Shown here one piece after another: positions 30,877-34,053 of a DNA stretch of 34,053 nt. The position numbers were made by a program, and so were the translations under genes. Source of the stretch: an uncultured Anaerolineaceae bacterium (GTDB lineage: Bacteria > Chloroflexota > Anaerolineae > Anaerolineales > UBA11579); contig CAZEQN010000002.1 in the NCBI GenBank assembly GCA_964514335.1, forward strand, positions 1 through 34,053, in the 5' to 3' direction. The notes beneath the pieces are model-generated. The model searched no databases, was not told the DNA's origin, and saw nothing but the letters and a program-made list of their open reading frames with translations. Positions within the stretch are counted from its first letter, which is position 1. Each line of letters starts with the position of its first letter.

Positions 30877-31299
30877 GTGCCAACCATTAACCAGCTGGTC
30901 CGCAAGGGCCGCCGCAATAAGAAGCAGAAAAGCAAGTCCCCGGCCTTGCAGTACGTTTTGAATTCGTACAAGCAGCGCCGCATTCGCCAGGCCAAGGGCG
31001 CCCCGCAAAAGCGCGGCGTGTGCACCGTGGTGCGCACCATGACCCCCAAGAAGCCGAACTCCGCCCTGCGCAAAATCGCCCGTGTGCGTTTGAGCAATGG
31101 TCTGGAAGTCACCGCCTACATCCCCGGCGAAGGTCACACCCTCCAGGAGCACTCCGTCGTGCTCGTGCGCGGTGGCCGTGTCAAGGACTTGCCCGGTGTG
31201 CGTTATCACATCGTGCGCGGTACGCTGGACTCCACTGGGGTGGGTGACCGCCGCCAGGCTCGCAGCAAGTATGGCGCCAAACGCCCCAAGGGCGGCTAG
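30877..31299 (+). CDS. rpsL: 30S ribosomal protein S12
   Basis: The start is GTG at 30877 ([12 protein letters not shown]...), preceded by GGAGGAA (30867-30873). Conserved blocks are [24 protein letters not shown] and [20 protein letters not shown]. It carries the Bacillus-type internal block ([16 protein letters not shown]). The ORF-track TTG at 30865 is unlikely. Confidence 0.93.
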   Translation: MPTINQLVRKGRRNKKQKSKSPALQYVLNSYKQRRIRQAKGAPQKRGVCTVVRTMTPKKPNSALRKIARVRLSNGLEVTAYIPGEGHTLQEHSVVLVRGGRVKDLPGVRYHIVRGTLDSTGVGDRRQARSKYGAKRPKGG

Positions 31300-31307
31300 G
31301 TTGCCGC

Positions 31308-31346
31308 AATCATTCGCCGGGTGCACTCCCTGACCGGCGAATCATT
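31308..31346 (+). promoter_or_regulatory. rpsL-rpsG intercistronic hairpin (candidate S7 translational operator or attenuator)
   Basis: AATCATTCGCCGG (31308-31320) pairs with CCGGCGAATCATT (31334-31346), 13 bp with one mismatch and a 13-nt loop. It is followed by TT and lies 30 nt before the rpsG ATG. Confidence 0.35.
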
Positions 31347-31376
31347 TTGCACCGCATCTACACAAGAGGAATTGCT

Positions 31377-31847
31377 ATGGCTCGCAGAAACCGACCCGAA
31401 AAGCGCCAGATTGAACCCGATGTGCGCTACAACGACCGCAAGGTCCAGTCTTTCATTAACCGCATCATGAAAGATGGCAAGAAAAGCACCGCCGCCGCCC
31501 AGGTATACGCGGCCTTTGACATCATGGAAAAGAAAGCCGGCAAGCCCGGTCTGGAAGTCTTCCACGCCGCCTTGAAGGAAGTCGCCCCCTCCATGGAAGT
31601 ACGCCCCCGCCGGGTCGGTGGCGCCACCTACCAGGTGCCGATGGAAGTTGAACCCGAGCGCCAGTTTGCACTTGCTACGCGCTGGATCATTACCGCCGTG
31701 CGCGCCCGCGCCGGCAAGACCCTGGCTGAAAAACTGGCCGCCGAATTTTTGGAAGCCGCCAGCGGGCAGGGCGCCTCCGTGCGCAAGCGCGAAGAATCCC
31801 ACCGCATGGCCGAAGCCAACCGCGCCTTTTCGCATTACCGCGTCTAG
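31377..31847 (+). CDS. rpsG: 30S ribosomal protein S7
   Basis: I start at ATG 31377 (MARRNRPEKRQIEPDVRYND..), with AAGAGGA upstream. It has the GKKSTA...VEVRPRRVGGATYQVP-type motif (MEVRPRRVGGATYQVPMEV). Length is 156 aa. Confidence 0.93.
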   Translation: MARRNRPEKRQIEPDVRYNDRKVQSFINRIMKDGKKSTAAAQVYAAFDIMEKKAGKPGLEVFHAALKEVAPSMEVRPRRVGGATYQVPMEVEPERQFALATRWIITAVRARAGKTLAEKLAAEFLEAASGQGASVRKREESHRMAEANRAFSHYRV

Positions 31848-31887
31848 GCGTAGTTCCCTAAGAATAGTTTGACATTGGTGAATTCGA

Positions 31888-33963
31888 ATGACTGTTAAAG
31901 TGTCGCTGGAAAAACTAAGAAACATCGGCATCATTGCCCACATCGATGCCGGCAAAACCACCACCACCGAGCGGATTCTGTTCTATACCGGCAAAACGCA
32001 CCGCATTGGTTCCGTTGACGACGGCACCACCGTGACCGACTGGATGGAGCAGGAACGCGAGCGTGGCATTACCATTGTTTCCGCGGCCGTAACCGCCGAG
32101 TGGAAGGGCTACGTCATTAACGTTATTGACACCCCCGGCCACATCGACTTCACCGCTGAAGTCCAGCGCTCCCTGCGTGTGCTGGATGGCGGCGTGGTGG
32201 TCTTTGACGCTGTTCAGGGCGTCGAACCCCAGTCTGAAACCGTCTGGCGCCAGGCCGACCGCTACGGCGTACCGCGCATCTGCTTTGTGAACAAGATGGA
32301 CCGCGTCGGCGCTTCCTTTGAACGCACCATTGACAGCATCCGCGAGCGCCTCGGTGCCACCGCCATCCCGGTGCAGTTGCCCATCGGCAGCGAATCTGAA
32401 TTTCAGGGAGTCGTTGACCTCTTTGAAATGAAAGCCATCCTCTGGCAGGATGAAACCGGCGCCGCCCCTGTTGAAACTGAAATCCCCGCTGACCTGCGCG
32501 CCGCTGCTGAAGCCGCCCGCGAACAGATGGTCGAAGCCATCGCCGAGCACGATGATGACCTCACCCTCAAGTACCTGGAAGGCGAAGCCATCACCACCGC
32601 AGAACTCAAAGCTGGCCTGCGCAAAGCCGTCGTTGGCAGCAAAGCCGCCGCCGTCTACTGTGGCTCCTCCCTCAAGAACAAAGGCGTTCAGCCTGTGCTG
32701 GATGCCGTGATTGATTACCTGCCCTCCCCGCTGGATGTTCCGCCGGTCAAAGGCATGCACCCCAAGACCGAAGAAGAACTGTTCCGCGGCCCCAGCAATG
32801 ATGAGCCCTTGAGCGCCCTCGTCTTCAAAATCGTTTCTGACCCCTACGTCGGCCGTTTGGCCTACTTCCGCGTGTATTCCGGCAAAGTCACCTCCGGCAG
32901 CGGCGTCTTCAACTCTACCAAGGGCAAGCGCGAACGCGTCGGCCGCATGGTGCGTATGTACGCTGATCGCCGCGAAGATGTGGAAGAAGTGCAAGCCGGC
33001 GATATCGCCGCCGTGCTCGGCTTCAAGGACTCCACCACCGGCGACACCCTGTGTGACGAAAGCCACCCCATTGTTCTGGAAAGCATCAGCTTCCCGGACC
33101 CGGTGATTTCCATCGCCGTGGAACCCAAGACCGCCGCCGACCAGGACAAAATGGCCGAAGCCCTGCGCCGCCTCGCCGAAGAAGACCCCACCTTCCAGGT
33201 GCGCAGTGACCACGAAACCGGCCAGACCGTAATTGCCGGCATGGGCGAGCTGCACCTCGAAATCCTTGTTGACCGTATGCAGCGCGAGTTTAAGGTTCAG
33301 GCCAACGTCGGCAAGCCGCGCGTCTCTTACCGTGAAACCATCACCCGCGCCGTGGAGAAAGCCGAGCACCGCTACTCCAAGCAAACCGGCGGTCGCGGCC
33401 AGTTCGGCCACGTCGTCTTTGCCATGGAGCCCAATGAACCCGGCAAAGGCATTGAATTTGAGAACAACATCGTCGGCGGCGTTATTCCCAAGGAATTCAT
33501 CAACGCCATTGAAAAGGGCATGCGCGAAGCCACCGATGCCGGCATCGTTGGCGGCTATCCGGTGGTGGATGTTAAAGTCTCGCTCTATGACGGTTCCTAC
33601 CACGAAGTCGACTCCAATGAAATGGCCTTTAAAATGGCCGCTTCCATGGCCTTCAAGGAAGGCATGCACATCGGCAAGGCCGTTTTGCTTGAGCCGATGA
33701 TGAAAGTGGAAGTCGTTGTGCCGGAAGAATACCTCGGTGATGTCGTTGGCCAATTGAGCGCCCGCCGTGGCGAAGTCCAGGGCATGGAAATGCGAGCCGG
33801 TAACGCCCAGGCCGTGCGTGCCATGGTCCCGCTCGCCGAAATGTTTGGTTACGCAACAGAACTGCGCTCGGCCACCAAGGGCCGCGGCGTCTTCACAATG
33901 GAGTTCGACCATTACCAGCGCGTCTCTGAAGCGCAGGCCGAACTTATCCGCACCGGCGCCTAG
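31888..33963 (+). CDS. fusA: Elongation factor G
   Basis: Motifs are [25 protein letters not shown], the DTPGHIDFT-type [12 protein letters not shown], and NKMDR. Length is 691 aa and the position in the str operon is conserved. Confidence 0.95.
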   Translation: MTVKVSLEKLRNIGIIAHIDAGKTTTTERILFYTGKTHRIGSVDDGTTVTDWMEQERERGITIVSAAVTAEWKGYVINVIDTPGHIDFTAEVQRSLRVLDGGVVVFDAVQGVEPQSETVWRQADRYGVPRICFVNKMDRVGASFERTIDSIRERLGATAIPVQLPIGSESEFQGVVDLFEMKAILWQDETGAAPVETEIPADLRAAAEAAREQMVEAIAEHDDDLTLKYLEGEAITTAELKAGLRKAVVGSKAAAVYCGSSLKNKGVQPVLDAVIDYLPSPLDVPPVKGMHPKTEEELFRGPSNDEPLSALVFKIVSDPYVGRLAYFRVYSGKVTSGSGVFNSTKGKRERVGRMVRMYADRREDVEEVQAGDIAAVLGFKDSTTGDTLCDESHPIVLESISFPDPVISIAVEPKTAADQDKMAEALRRLAEEDPTFQVRSDHETGQTVIAGMGELHLEILVDRMQREFKVQANVGKPRVSYRETITRAVEKAEHRYSKQTGGRGQFGHVVFAMEPNEPGKGIEFENNIVGGVIPKEFINAIEKGMREATDAGIVGGYPVVDVKVSLYDGSYHEVDSNEMAFKMAASMAFKEGMHIGKAVLLEPMMKVEVVVPEEYLGDVVGQLSARRGEVQGMEMRAGNAQAVRAMVPLAEMFGYATELRSATKGRGVFTMEFDHYQRVSEAQAELIRTGA

Positions 33964-34012
33964 CCGGACGGACTGACCCGAACTTGATCGATTTTTTGTA
34001 AGGAGAACGCAC

Positions 34013-34053
34013 ATGGGCAAGGAAAAGTTTGACCGCAGTAAACCGCACCTGAA
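34013..34053 (+). CDS. tuf: Elongation factor Tu, 5' end only (runs off the window)
   Basis: ATG 34013 is preceded by AGGAG (34001-34005). It reads MGKEKFDRSKPHL..., matching the conserved EF-Tu N-terminus, and follows fusA as expected. Confidence 0.85.
   Translation, partial: MGKEKFDRSKPHL

Noticed and set aside
30919-31000. The extra roughly 13-16 residues in S12 ([16 protein letters not shown]) relative to E. coli and Thermus.
   Set aside because: The same insertion position and length occur in Bacillus-type S12 (..NKGYNSFKKEHTNVSS..) as I recall it. This is a known lineage variant, not a novelty.

Overview
This is a high-GC bacterial chromosomal window made up almost entirely of core housekeeping genes, mostly on the + strand. 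In order it holds: the 3' part of a GltD-like Fe-S/FAD oxidoreductase; holB; a short class II UvrA paralogue; a complete nuoA-N Complex I operon (5.36-19.9 kb); a small mixed-orientation patch (BmrR-like MerR regulator, HAD phosphatase, S9 serine peptidase, orphan exported HExxH protein); RNase P RNA (rnpB, minus strand); a solitary rpoB with no rpoC after it; and the str operon rpsL-rpsG-fusA plus the first codons of tuf. Several near-consensus sigma70-type promoters and GC-rich hairpin terminators can be read directly. I found no CRISPR array, transposase/integrase, tRNA, toxin-antitoxin pair or recognisable defence system, and nothing I can defend as a coherent new multi-gene system. The observations worth a second look are: an orphan exported gluzincin-like protein in a low-GC gene; a roughly 135-aa lineage-specific insertion in RpoB; rpoB uncoupled from rpoC; back-to-back rnpB/rpoB promoters with overlapping -35 hexamers; a textbook 19-bp-spacer MerR promoter with a dyad operator; a likely leaderless HAD-peptidase transcript; a His/Asp-rich loop in NuoL; a UvrA lacking the UvrB-binding domain; and a dispersed 'GTCATTCCGAGC' intergenic repeat present twice. 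The many long antisense ORFs in the six-frame track are GC-bias shadow ORFs. The taxon looks Chloroflexota-like, but this is only a guess from gene order and protein flavour and was not verified.
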